Shown: piece by piece, positions 12,012 to 23,638 of the stretch
Layout of the letters: each line of letters opens with the position of its first letter
How positions within the stretch are numbered: position 1 is the first letter of the stretch
From: Saccostrea echinata
Taxonomy: Eukaryota
Assembly (NCBI RefSeq): GCF_033153115.1
Contig: NW_026889760.1
Location: forward strand, 3,100,001-3,164,000
DNA length: 64,000 bases
Direction of reading: 5' to 3'
The notes under the pieces: generated by a model
Seen by the model: only the letters and a program-made list of their open reading frames with translations
Told to the model about the DNA's origin: nothing
Database searches by the model: none
Made by a program: the position numbers and the translations under genes

Positions 12012-15000
12012 AAATGGAGAGTGAAAACACAAGCTATTTGTCTCAATATTAAAAAATGTAAAATTTGATTTTGGGGGGGTGGGGGTGGAAATTACATTAT
12101 CAACGAACTCCCCTGACAGTGGACTGCCTGGAGAGACCAAAACTTGCTAATAGTTGACAAACTATCATATTAAATATCAACTGCACATTCTACGAGTGAT
12201 CACCAGCCCTGATAGTTGAGTGAAGTAAAACAAATTCAATAAATAAGTCGCAAAATTGTTTAATCTTATAAAAACAATGACAACAGTGCTAAACCAATTC
12301 AACTATTTCTTTTTAATAATTCAACCTAACTAAACCTAAAATAATTCAACCCGACCTGAGAAACCCGAGTAAAGGGAACACATTTTAGGCTAAGTCTAAA
12401 CAATTCTTAGTTTGGAGTTGTCGACCTTAACTTTGAGCTGATAGATAGGAAGGAATGTTTTTTTTTTAATTTTATTTTGAAAAATTTAATTACGTTTCCA
12501 GTTTTTTGGTTGAAACAAATCAAAGGAATTTTCTTGGGGTTTCTAAATGCTTCACTTATTTTAAGTCTTTCATTGACTAATACAAAAATCAAAAATAGAA
12601 AGTGAATTAGTCTCAATTTCATAAAAACTTGTAACTAACCAGTAAAAAAAATTCATTTTAAAAAATGACTGGAAAGATAGTTTGGGTCGGTAGGCAACTT
12701 GCAAACAAATTATTTTTATTTTATAGGCCTTACTAAATAGGAGTAATTGGTTAAGATCCAATTCGAACAGTAGCATCAAGTTCAATGAGATTGGAATTTA
12801 AATAATTCTTTTGCGATTTTGTTGTCAATACTTCTAGTATTAAGACTTAACAAGCACTCATTTATTATTCCTGGCATGAATGGTCAGCGTGATAAAAATT
12901 ATTGCTCTGGTTTCTAGTATCAATTAAGCCCCCCCCCCCTTTCCCCAAATTTACCTTCAACAGTTTCAAATGCTCACTGAAGTGGTGTTGCCCCAAATAC
13001 TTTTTGTTGCAGTAAAGTTAAGTCAGGATAAAGTATCAATAAAATTTGGTTGTGAAAGAAGTTGGAACCTGCCCACCTTCGAGTTTGGATAATATCCATT
13101 TTTTTTTAATGTTGCTTGAACTTTTTTTTCATATAAGTTTTCAATTTTTTTTCCATGGCCAGCCCCCATCCAATTTCAAAAACGATAATCAGTGCCTCTT
13201 GCTAAACACGTTTGAAGATTATACCCGTTATGATTTTTTTCTAACTCATATCATGTACCACTAACTCATATCTGGTCCTGCTAACTCATATCATGTTTTT
13301 TTTTCATTCATAGCCACCCCTAAAATTAATAAAGGACAGCCTATGTTATGTCAATGTGTTTTAGGATCCTTGGGGGACAAATTGACATAAATAAAATGTA
13401 TCACAATCGCTTATTAGCTTTGTTTTAGTTGATCGCAGACACGACGGGTACCCCCCGGGATAGATTTGTTTGACGAAACTTGCAGAATAAACTTTCTGGC
13501 GTCATTACAACACAGAATTCAGCCCAAACAATTCATAGTGAAGCAACAACTCAATAAAATGGGTCGAATCACATTCTTTGTTTTGTAAAAAAGGGTTAAA
13601 ATACAAGAAAAAGAGCTCAACTTACCGCCGAGGCGAAGATAAAAAGTCTCTCCAACGCATATCCGGAAGTCCCGCTAACGAAAACCTTTTCATATCATTC
13701 GGATATGAGTTAGAGCGATTGGTGGCCGTGTAATAAGCATTGGTATCTAATGCTAGATTAAAGGAAATTCGATTTCTCTAAAAAATGAATTTATTATTTT
13801 CTTTTATGGGGTACAAATGTCAACTTTTACATGACCGTTTCTAAGTTTAAGACTTCAAAGAACTTTGAATCATATTGAGATGCATAAAATGAAAATTGTT
13901 GCACGAAAAGATCTTAATTTCAAGCTTCATTTTGAAACTTTTTAAATAAAATAAAAAAATTAAGAGTTATCCTTCCTGGCTGAGTATTGGACATCCTTAA
14001 GCATTATATTAGGGCAAAACGAAGTTACTGAATGCTTTATTGGCATGTGTTTTCCTTATGTAGGCCCAAGTAAAAAACGGTGATTTCTGGTCAACAATAC
14101 TTTGTTGCCCGAGAACATTTTCTTGGGGAAGAATGGCATGTACCGTAAATGAATCAACTTAATAATTTCATTTTTATATGATATAATTTTCTTTAAGTCC
14201 ATTTTTTTTCATTAGTGTATAGATGTTGAGTTGATCAAGGATTGTAGTGAAAGAGGATTTCGAACACGGTTCAGACCTTGGGTATTAAATGGTAATGTGT
14301 AATGCATTGAAAATATTAGATTTTAAACTTAATTTTCTAGTAAAATTTCATCACATTTTTCTTACCCTCTGTATGAAATAATCTGAAAAGGTAAGCTTTT
14401 TAATGAATCTGACACAAATTAATAATGGTCACTGGCAGGTGATTTTTTTTTAATTCCTGAAATCAGAATCTTAATTATCTTTCAACTTCTTTTTAATTTC
14501 TTTCTTCAACAGTATTTATAAATAAATTACCCTAAATAATTTTTTTAAATGAAAAAACTTCTTGAAAATTTTCAATGTGAATTTGATTTGAACAATTATG
14601 AATTCAGTTTCCTATAAAAGGTGGTACAAAATATTTCTCGCCGTTCAACACATGGCCTTTGCTACATGTAGTGGTTAAGTCATGTAATCACATCCATATG
14701 TCGTTGTATGCAAGTACATGTAGGTTGTACTTTTCCTTAAGTTTTAGAGATTGGCCATGTACGGTAATTTTATATCGTACATGGCCAATCTCTAAACTTG
14801 AGAAAAAGTACAATCACATGCGCGGAACTAGAGGGGGTCGTGGGTGGGGGGTCCGGACCCCGCCCACCTCCTTGAATTTGCAGAGCTATTAAAAGTATAC
14901 ATGTATACTGAAACTGATTAAAAAATGACTTTGGACCCCCCACCCCACCCCCGAACACGTAGACCCCACCACCACCACCACCACAAAAGTTTTTCACGTT

Positions 15001-15236
15001 CGGAAAAGAAATTTTTACGTTTTTTCCTTTTTTTTTCTTTTCTTTTTCTTTTTTTTTTTTTGCTTGTCAAGAATTTTTTTTCTGGATTGGAATTTTTTTT
15101 GACTTGGGTGGACCCCCCCCCCCCCTGGAAAAAATTCCTGGATTCGCACCTGAATCTGCTTGCATAGAAAAAAATATGGATAACTATGGTTGACGGAGAA
15201 ATCCCATATTTTTGAGAAATTATGAGCTCTTACTAT

Positions 15237-15442
15237 ACCTACCTACCTACATGTTCCTATAGTCCTTGTTGCATCCGGAGGCACATGGGGCAAGGACTAT
15301 AGGGATTTCCATTCTTCTCTGTTCGTAGCTGTCCTCTCCACCTCTCACCAGGTAAGATTCATTTCCTTCAGTTCTTTTTCAACATTTCGCCTCCATGTTG
15401 TTTTTGGTCGGCCTTACCTCTTTTTCCCTTCTGGGGTCCATA
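15237..15442 (-). mobile_element. 5'-truncated RTE-clade LINE 3' end
   Basis: Translates to WTPEGKKR*GRPKTTWRRNVEKELKEMNLTW*EVERTATNREEWKSL, the RTE C-terminus. (TAGG)n tail. 12-bp TSD AGCTCTTACTAT (15225-15236, 15443-15454). Confidence 0.9.
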
Positions 15443-15949
15443 AGCTCTTACTATTTTTTTTAAATCAAAATGTGCACGTGTTTTTTTGTTTTTTGTTTGT
15501 TTTTTTTTGGAGGGGGGGGGGGGTTCAACATTTCAAGGGCCTGTGTTGTTCTGTGAAATTTTCCTTTGATGTATATTATCAAGGTAGAGCCTTGCGCGAG
15601 TCAAAAAAAAAGTCATTTGACATTTTTGTCCTCCGTGAGGGGACATTACAAACCCGTAGGAAGCAATTTTAGTTTTGGGGGGGGGGGGGCACAGCCATAC
15701 ATTTTCAGTTGAGGGGGCACTACCAACAATTTCCCGACAAGCAGAAAAAAAGGTCATCAACTACCAAAAGAAAAAAAAAGGTCATCAGACGTTTTTATTG
15801 AGGGGGCGCAAGCATATAAGCATATAGTATCTAAGGTTTACTATAGTAATCTATATATCGGCAAAATTATTGGGGGGCACGGCCCCCCGTGCCCCCCGGT
15901 TCCTACGGCCATGCATTAAATCTCATTCATTTTTAATTGACAGTCTGCC

Positions 15950-18440
15950 ACAAAAATTTTAACATTGGTCATAACTTTTGAATGAGAAAAGACAGGGCAT
16001 TTACATTTCTTACGTACATTACCTGTGACAATACCTTTCCAAACATACTATGATTTTTTACTCCTTGACCTTGAAGTTTGACCTACTTTTCAAAAAGTAG
16101 GTCAAACATAACGTTTGTATAAGGCGCCGTTTTGGTATTTATTGCCATTTAGTGATATTACCTATTCGAATAGGTGATATCACCTATACGAATAGGTGAT
16201 ATCACCTATTCGAATAAGTGATACCACTCATTCAAATTGAATAGGTGATATCACCTATTAGATTACGTGATATCACTTATTCGAATAGGTGATATCACTT
16301 ATTCGAATAGTGATATCACCTATTGGAAATGAATAGGTGATATCACCTATTCGACTAGGTGATATCACCTATTCGTGCTGAATAGGTGATATCACCTATT
16401 CTAATAAATGATATCACCTATTCCAATATTTGATATCACCTATTCAATTTGAATAGGTAATATCACCAATTTGAATAGGTGATATGCTTACAATAATAAA
16501 TAATGAATGCTCCCTTCCTCAAGACTATCTAGATTTCCATTGGAACCAAGCAAATTCGGGCTTCCCCGTTTTCCTCTGTAATTGAGACATTTTAGATACC
16601 TTATGTTATCAACCCCTGTAAAGTTATATAAATTTTATAAATTATACCAAGATGGGATACAATTTAACAGAGTGGCATACCTTTCTCTCTTTATTATGTA
16701 AGGTGGGGCATTTTCCGTATGGAACAGTTAATACTTATTATGCGATTTTCACGATTTTTCCTATAGTATACATGATAGATAAGTGTAATAAATATAATTT
16801 GTGAGCAAAAAAAACTACAAGATCTACTGGGGTGCTTAAAACTAAATGCGAAGCTGAAATCCATCGTCTCCAAGAACGGTAAGTTATAAAACGAAAGTGA
16901 AAGTAAATGAGAATTAAATGCTATAGTCTTGGGAGCAGTTGTTATTTCATAAATAATTTGAATAGGTGATATCACCTATTCGAATAAGTGATATCACCTA
17001 TTCAAAATGATTAAGTGATACCACCTATTCGAATAGGTGATATCACCTATTTGAATTGGTGATATCACATATTTAATTTGAATAGGTGATATCACCTATT
17101 CGAATAAGTGATATCACCTTTTCAAATAGGTGATATCACCAATTCAAATCAAATAGGTAATATCACCTATTCAAATAGGTGATATCACTTATTCGAATAG
17201 GTGATATCACCAATTGGATAGGTGATATCACCTATTCGAATAGGTGATATCACTTTTTAGCACTGAGTTAATACCAAAACGGCGCCTCATACGTTTGAAT
17301 GAGAAAAGATAGGGTTTTCATATTTCACATTATTCACATTACCTGTGACAAACCCTTTCCAAATATACTACGATTTTTGACCTCATGACCTTGTTGCCTG
17401 GCCTACTTTTAATAAATTTTAACATTTGTTATAACTTTTGAATGAGTAGAGATAGAGCTTTCATATTTGACTTGTCCATTACCTGTGACAAGACGTTTAG
17501 CATGCTATGATTTTTGACCCTGTGACTTTGACTTTCAAGTCTGACCTAATTTAAAAAAAAAAAACATTATTGATAACGTCTAAATGAGAGAGGATAGTGT
17601 GTTCATATTTGACAAGTACATTACCTGTGTCAAAAAGTTTCTGAATATGATATGATAATTGACTCCATGACCTTGAAGTTTGACTTAATTTAAAAAAAAA
17701 TAATTAACACTGGTGGTAACTTTTGAATGAGAGATGATAGAGTTTTCATATCTCACAAGTGCATTACTGTACCAAAAAAAATCCAAGTGTGGAATATATT
17801 CGACCCTGTGACCTTGACTCAAATTCGACCAAATTTTCGAACATTTTATCATTGCTGCTAACTTTTGAAGGAGCGAAGAGCGAAGAAGGGCAATCATATT
17901 TGACACGTGCATTACCTGTGACAAGCATTTCCAAATGCATTATGATTTTTAACCCCAAGACCTTGAAGTTTGACTTATAACATTGCCGATAACTTTTGAT
18001 TGAGAGAAGATAGGACATTTACATTTGACATGTGTATTATTACCTGTTTCAAGACCTTTCCGAATGTACTTTGGTTTTTGACCTCGTGACCTTGATCTTG
18101 AAGTTTAACCTACAGTCTCTCATAATTTTACATTGGTAATAACTTTTGAATGAGAAAAGATAGGGCATCAAGATTTACATTACCTATGACAACACCTTTC
18201 AGAAAGAATTATATCATTTTTGACTTCATGACTTTGACCTAGAATGCTGGCCTACTTATCAAGAATTTTAACTTTGGCCATAAGTATTGCTCCAGAAGAA
18301 ATTAGGCTTTCATACTTTTTTCACATGTGCATTACCTGTGAGAATATCTTTTGGATTGCATTACTAGTATGCTATTTGACCTCATGACCATCATCTTGAA
18401 AATACTGTTTTGAGAAGCTTTCATATTTGCCATAACTATT
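15950..18440. repeat. Degenerate ~120-bp tandem array (HINE-type central repeats), interrupted by the 16118-17291 element
   Basis: About ten recurring units: ATAACTTTTGAATGAG...CATTACCTGTGACAA...TGACCTTGAAGTTTGACC. Confidence 0.75.
16118..17291. mobile_element. Non-autonomous IS3EU-like DNA transposon with arrays of palindromic subterminal repeats
   Basis: TIR TATRAGGCGCCGTTTTGGTATT and 6-bp TSD CGTTTG (16112-16117, 17292-17297). Excision restores the host satellite unit. Two arrays of ~22-bp GAATAGGTGATATCACCTATTC. Confidence 0.75.
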
Positions 18441-18527
18441 TTTAAATCAATAATTTATGTCTTTGCTGTATGATGCACAGACAAGACAGAAAACAGAGAC
18501 AGGACGGATACAATATGCCATAAATAA

Positions 18528-19259
18528 CAGAGGCGGATCCAGCAATTTTTGAAAGGGGGGTTCCAGGGTGGTGCCCCCCCCCCCCCCCCCACACACACAC
18601 ACAGTCACTCAAACATAGATTCACACAGAGAGATCTTAGGTCGTGGTTTGTTTCTTTGAAAAGGTAACCCCCCTCCTAGTCCGAATAAAAAACAAAGACA
18701 TTCTTTAAACTACTGTAGCCTTAAAATTGAATGGATTTGCAGGGTTTCTGAAGAAAACAAAGATTTTTTTTTAGAATTTGAAAAACTTTTTGGGTAGGTT
18801 TTTGAAAATCTATGTAAAACAAAGAATTACATGTAATTTACTGTCACAGTGGCCTTTTGCATATTCCCTTTTATGACTTATTTAAGTTTGTTCCTTCAAA
18901 AGATGATCCGAAAACGGTACACATATAGCCAAAGATCGCCGGAATTTGATATCAAATTAAACCCCGCATGTTACTTATATATTAAAATAAGTAGAATATT
19001 TTCTACCATTCTCTCATAAATAAAAACGCTGAAAGGGAGGAATAGTGAAGGTAAATATCTGGGACTCTATCGATATTGCAAGTGAAATATGAGCAACCGA
19101 TCGAGCTGTTTTGAACTACGCTTATAAGTTAGTTCTAAGTACAAATATCAATTCCAGAAAACATTTTATCCTCTTTCTCTCTCGCTTTCTCCACTCGGCA
19201 AAAAATAAAAGGGGGGGTTTCCAACCCCGGGAACCCCCCCCCCCCTGGATCCGCCAATG
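18528..19259. mobile_element. MITE with GGCGGATCCAG TIRs and 5-bp TSD
   Basis: CAGAGGCGGATCCAG ... CTGGATCCGCCAATG, with AATAA on both flanks. Confidence 0.65.
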
Positions 19260-20418
19260 AATAATTGCATCCTAACAACAAAGACATGAAAGCGGAGGAG
19301 GGGCCACAATTCTTTGAATTTGCTTCTTTTATTTTAACAGCATCATGGGCGGATGTGAAAAGGGGAGGGGGTCAGACTCCCTCTCCTGGAATTTTCAGTA
19401 ATTCTATGTAAAAAAAAAACAAAACAAAAAAATGGAACCCCCCCCCCCCCCCCACACACACACACAGAGGAGATGCAGACCCCTTTAAAAATGGTAAGGC
19501 GAGACATCCATCTGAAAAAAAATCGACTTAGGTGAATGTTCCCCCTTCCGAAATAGGAATACCAGCACTGGGGCAACTGGGCGAGTTGTTTATGTTCTTT
19601 AGTTTGTCAAAATAATTTCTGAGTATGACATTGATGTGGACCCCCGAAAAGGCCAAGAATCATCAAACTTTGTCAGTTATTACATGCACTTTTGGGCCTC
19701 ATGATGTATTGATCCAAAAGTAGGTCACAGATTTACTTCTAGGAATTTTTATGGTTATTCGTAATATTCATTGTGTTCAGATACACGATTCTCTTTACGA
19801 TTTTATGAGGCTTTCGTGTGGGGGGGGGGGGAGGTTCTAAGGTCATTTTTGGTTTCTTTTACATGGAAACTTAATATTTCTAAAAATGCCCTCTAGATCC
19901 ATGCATGGTTTGTTTTAAAACCAAGAGAACTTAAAGTTTATTTTTTAGAAATAAAACCTCCCATGACACTGTACATGTAGGTAATACCTAAAAGTATGTT
20001 TTATAACATTAATATTTATGTTTTTACCCCTGAGAATTTCAATAAAATTGATAGGAATAATTCTGTGATTCTATAAATACAATTTCAAAATATAAAATAC
20101 AGAATTTTTAATTTCAGTATCTAGAAATTTGATATCTTGAATACAACTGATAGGTCAAAATGAGTTGGAAATCCCAATTTCTTTTTCTTTATCCTTTTTA
20201 ATCTCCATATCTCAAAATTTCAGATATCTTGAAGCGCTCTGACCAAATTCAAGGTACTGAGATTCGACTGTAAAAAATATTCCTGCCACAGGTGACTGGT
20301 GTCACATAAGTCAAGTAACCTTTGCATAGACTTTAATTTTATTTGTGAATACTTAAGAATTTGGTACATCATAATTATGTCCCTGGAGATCATAAAGATT
20401 TACCCCTGAATTTACAGA

Positions 20419-21852
20419 CTACATATCTTCCACACTCCATTTGTAAGCCATATCTTCAACAGCTTTTTTGTCCGAGAGTTTTGCATATATTGATCGTTCA
20501 AAACCATTTGATCTGTCTACACCATCCCATCTGTAGCCTGGCATAATCCCAAATCTGTTTGGAGGTGGAGGGGGACCTTTATATTTTGGAAGTTCTTTTT
20601 TCGTTTTGTTGTTGCTTTTTTTCTTCTTAATGAAGGCTAACATTGGGTCATCAGCTCTTTCCATATCCTTTAACATAGCATCTAAATCTTTGTCATCTCG
20701 TGCTCGTGCCAAAGGTTTAGACATTTCATACAGATGATCTTCTAATTTAGCTGCCCTGTTCTCTGTTTGCTTTATACCTTTCCCCCATTCATGGTGCTTG
20801 GCTTCTATTTCTTCTTTTCTCTTTATTTCCTCTATTGTTGGCTCTGCATCTTTTTTCTTTTGCTGTCTTCCACTTTTTCTGTATTGAGTCTTAGCATCTT
20901 TTCCCAAGAGATCTGATGATATCTGTTTAAATGTTTCATCTTCTTTCCTTCTCAACACATCTGCTTCTGTCTTCATATCTTTTGCTGAAGAGAGACCAGC
21001 TTTCTTTCCAGACAATGTTTTATTCATTTTACTACTATTCTTTTCATCTTGTTCTTTCTGAAAGGAATGGTCCTTGAGATTTTTACTTTTTCCTGATTCA
21101 TTAGCACTGTTAGATTTTCTGAAAACACTATGGTCATATTTTGCATCTTCTATTTGTTTTCCTTTTTTAGAATAACTTTTAGGTAATTTCCTTGGTGGAG
21201 ATTGGTCAGAATCTGAATCATGTCTTCGATTCCTTTGTGGTGATTGGTCAGAATCTGATTCATGTCTTCGATTCCTTTGTGGTGATTGATCAGAATCTGA
21301 TTCATGTCTTTGATTCCTTTGTGGTGATTGGTCAGAATCTGATTCATGTCTTTGATTCCTTTGAGGTGATTGGTCAGAATCAGAATCATGTCGTCCTTTT
21401 CTTGGAGGTGACTGGTCAGAATTTGAATCATGACGTCCTTTTCTTGGAGGTGATTGGTCAGAATTTGAATCATGTCTTTCTCTACCTATTGGTGAAGTAC
21501 TAGAGTCTGAGTCGTGTCTCTTTCTAATTTGAGAGTTTTTCAAGTTTTCATCTTTTGCTGCGACTCCCTTCCATTTGTCCGTTGTGTACGCCTCAAGTTC
21601 TTGAATATGTTTTGGACGCTCATCCATAAACGCTGCAACAGTTGGTACATTTTCTTCTATATTGTCATATGCTGAGGTATCCTCAAGATTACTTGGAAGA
21701 AGTGTCTTTAAATCAATATCATCATCTACAATTCTTGACTTTGGAACTCTGACATTTTCTGGCTTTTTTCTTCGTTTCTTTCGTTTATCTAATGCTGTGT
21801 AATCAGAAGTGTAACGTTTCAGGTATTCTTCTTTGCTCATTCCTATGGACAT
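20419..21852 (-). CDS. BUD13: BUD13 homolog (RES splicing complex), 477 aa, single coding exon
   Basis: N-terminal [20 protein letters not shown] repeats, and C-terminal Bud13 domain ([52 protein letters not shown]). Likely start is ATG 21852; the ORF-track extension to 22011 is promoter/UTR. Confidence 0.95.
   Translation of the reverse strand: MSIGMSKEEYLKRYTSDYTALDKRKKRRKKPENVRVPKSRIVDDDIDLKTLLPSNLEDTSAYDNIEENVPTVAAFMDERPKHIQELEAYTTDKWKGVAAKDENLKNSQIRKRHDSDSSTSPIGRERHDSNSDQSPPRKGRHDSNSDQSPPRKGRHDSDSDQSPQRNQRHESDSDQSPQRNQRHESDSDQSPQRNRRHESDSDQSPQRNRRHDSDSDQSPPRKLPKSYSKKGKQIEDAKYDHSVFRKSNSANESGKSKNLKDHSFQKEQDEKNSSKMNKTLSGKKAGLSSAKDMKTEADVLRRKEDETFKQISSDLLGKDAKTQYRKSGRQQKKKDAEPTIEEIKRKEEIEAKHHEWGKGIKQTENRAAKLEDHLYEMSKPLARARDDKDLDAMLKDMERADDPMLAFIKKKKSNNKTKKELPKYKGPPPPPNRFGIMPGYRWDGVDRSNGFERSIYAKLSDKKAVEDMAYKWSVEDM
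21190..21520 (-). repeat. 42-bp (14-aa) coding tandem repeat in BUD13, 8 units
   Basis: Units of the form RH(D/E)S(D/N)SDQSP(P/Q)R(K/N)x. Confidence 0.9.
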
Positions 21853-23638
21853 CTTGCTTTTTAAAAAGGTTTCACTTGTGAGAAATGTTCTCAGAACTGA
21901 AGTATATTGTGGATAGAAGTGATTTCCGGTTGAACCGCGCTTAAACAATTCATACAAAAGATTACTCGACATATCTGACACCCCCCCCCCCCCCCCAAAA
22001 AAAAATTCCATGATCTGCCACTTCTCTAAAGAAACATTCGCATTATTTATAAATTTTAAATAAAGAATAATTCTGCATTCTTAGTTCTTCATATGTAAGA
22101 AGAAGTAAATATATTTTCATAGAAGAAACTTCTGTCATTCTGGACGGACTACCAACTCTATTTTGGGTTTTAGGTAGACAGGAGGTAAAACTAGTACTGT
22201 CACTACCGACTCCCGACTGTCTCGGATTAGTATTTTTTCGTTGATATTCTCCACAACGCTTAATAACAGATTTGGCTCAAACTTTTTAGGCACATTCACA
22301 TTGTTGAACTAAATTCACATAATTAATCTCAGTCAGGATTGGTTTAAATTTTAAAATTAGCATTTTCTCTTAAATCTGGAAATTATATTTATTTATTTAT
22401 TTATTTTTTCAAATACATGAATGAGTGTCTTAATATTTCTTGTATACAAGTGATATATTTCTTAAAGAATTTATTCATATATTCCACTGCATGAGAGTAT
22501 TAACAAGTTGTGTTTTTATTTGCATCATTATTATTTTTTTATGACTTCATATAACTCTCCTGAACATATAACTTGATATAGATATGAATTGATTAAGTGT
22601 CTCCTTTGCCAACAAACATCTTTTACATTCTCTGGAAAAATAATTTTAATAAAAAATCTTATGAAATAATTAAGAGCTTATCTTTTTGTTGAAATCATAT
22701 ATTAAGAGATGTTTTAAGATCCAATAAATAAAATATATTGGTGTGATATTCGTCATAAAACTTTTTAAAGTTGAAACTCTATGACTTGAACTCTATTTTC
22801 AGGATTCATACTATAAACTTAAACAACTTATGTGGTAAAACATCCAATATTTCTCGTTAAAAAGTTGATAGTCATATAAAATATAGTTTTATATGATAGA
22901 ATTATCCTTTTCTTCAAAAGACTCGAAAGATTGCAGACATGGATCAAGAATTTTTTTCGGGGGGTGGGGGGGGGGTGGGTGGGGGGGGGTCCATCCCAGT
23001 CAAAAAAAATCCAACCCAGAAATTTCTTGAAATTTTTTTTTTAAATAACTCCTTTCCCAAACCTGAAAACAACTATTTCGTGGGGGGTGGGGGAAGGGTG
23101 TAGTCGCTGACTTCTAAAGCTTCATATCTATGACTTTTATACCAACTTAACACGGATCCGCGTTTTCTGGGGGGGGGGGGGGGGGCTCCAAGATCAGTTC
23201 TAGTTGGTTCAGTATATATACATTTAACTGTTTGATAACTCTGCAAATTCTAGGGGGGGGGGTCCGGAACCCCCCCCCCCCCCCAGATCCGTGCATGCGT
23301 CTGACAAAATGTATACTTACGTGTAATATACATAAAGAAAGCTCATTATATTTAAGCTAACTAATATAGTTTATTTCTTATAATTTTTTAAAATATAATT
23401 TTAAAAAATCCTCAAAGATCATTATAAGTATATATTTTTGCAAATTCCTAAGTGACATTTTCAAATTCTAGTGCTGTTCTGCATTTTGAAGTGTCGTTTT
23501 CACTTGAATACTGTACAATAGAAAACCGAGAGAGTCGTGAGTCGGCATTCACTATTCTAGTTTTACCGTTTGCATTTTTTCTTTCAGTTTGTAAACACGC
23601 GTACACGTGAAGCAACAAAGGCCTATAATATAATTAAC

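Larger units (their letters stand above)
7987..13730. mobile_element. Long-TIR (~490 bp) DNA transposon with CA(C)GGCC...GGCCGTG termini carrying a zinc-finger pseudogene
   Basis: 7987-~9458 (after removing two HINE insertions) is the reverse complement of ~13240-13730. Both flanks read TAATA. Subterminal CTAACTCATATC repeats are present. Confidence 0.85.

Noticed and set aside
7987-13730. Bona fide ProtoRAG/RAG-like transposon
   Set aside because: No RAG1 core or RAG2 kelch sequence is visible, the ends lack an RSS-like heptamer beyond CAC, and the TSD is AT-rich and ambiguous. It is kept only as one possible classification.
7359-13996. Outer Kolobok element enclosing the ZF transposon
   Set aside because: The right end (GTATTGGACATCC|TTAA) looks real, but the proposed left TIR match is too degenerate to support.
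16150-17255. CRISPR-like array of palindromic repeats
   Set aside because: Units abut with only 0-6 nt between them, there are no unique spacers or cas genes, the context is eukaryotic, and the arrays are bounded by TIRs and a TSD.
21150-21503. Overlapping repetitive ORFs (107 aa minus, 103 aa plus)
   Set aside because: They are alternate frames of the BUD13 42-bp repeat.
21853-22011. N-terminal 53-aa extension of the 530-aa ORF
   Set aside because: It runs through a poly-G tract and promoter-like sequence. BUD13 similarity starts at [14 protein letters not shown].
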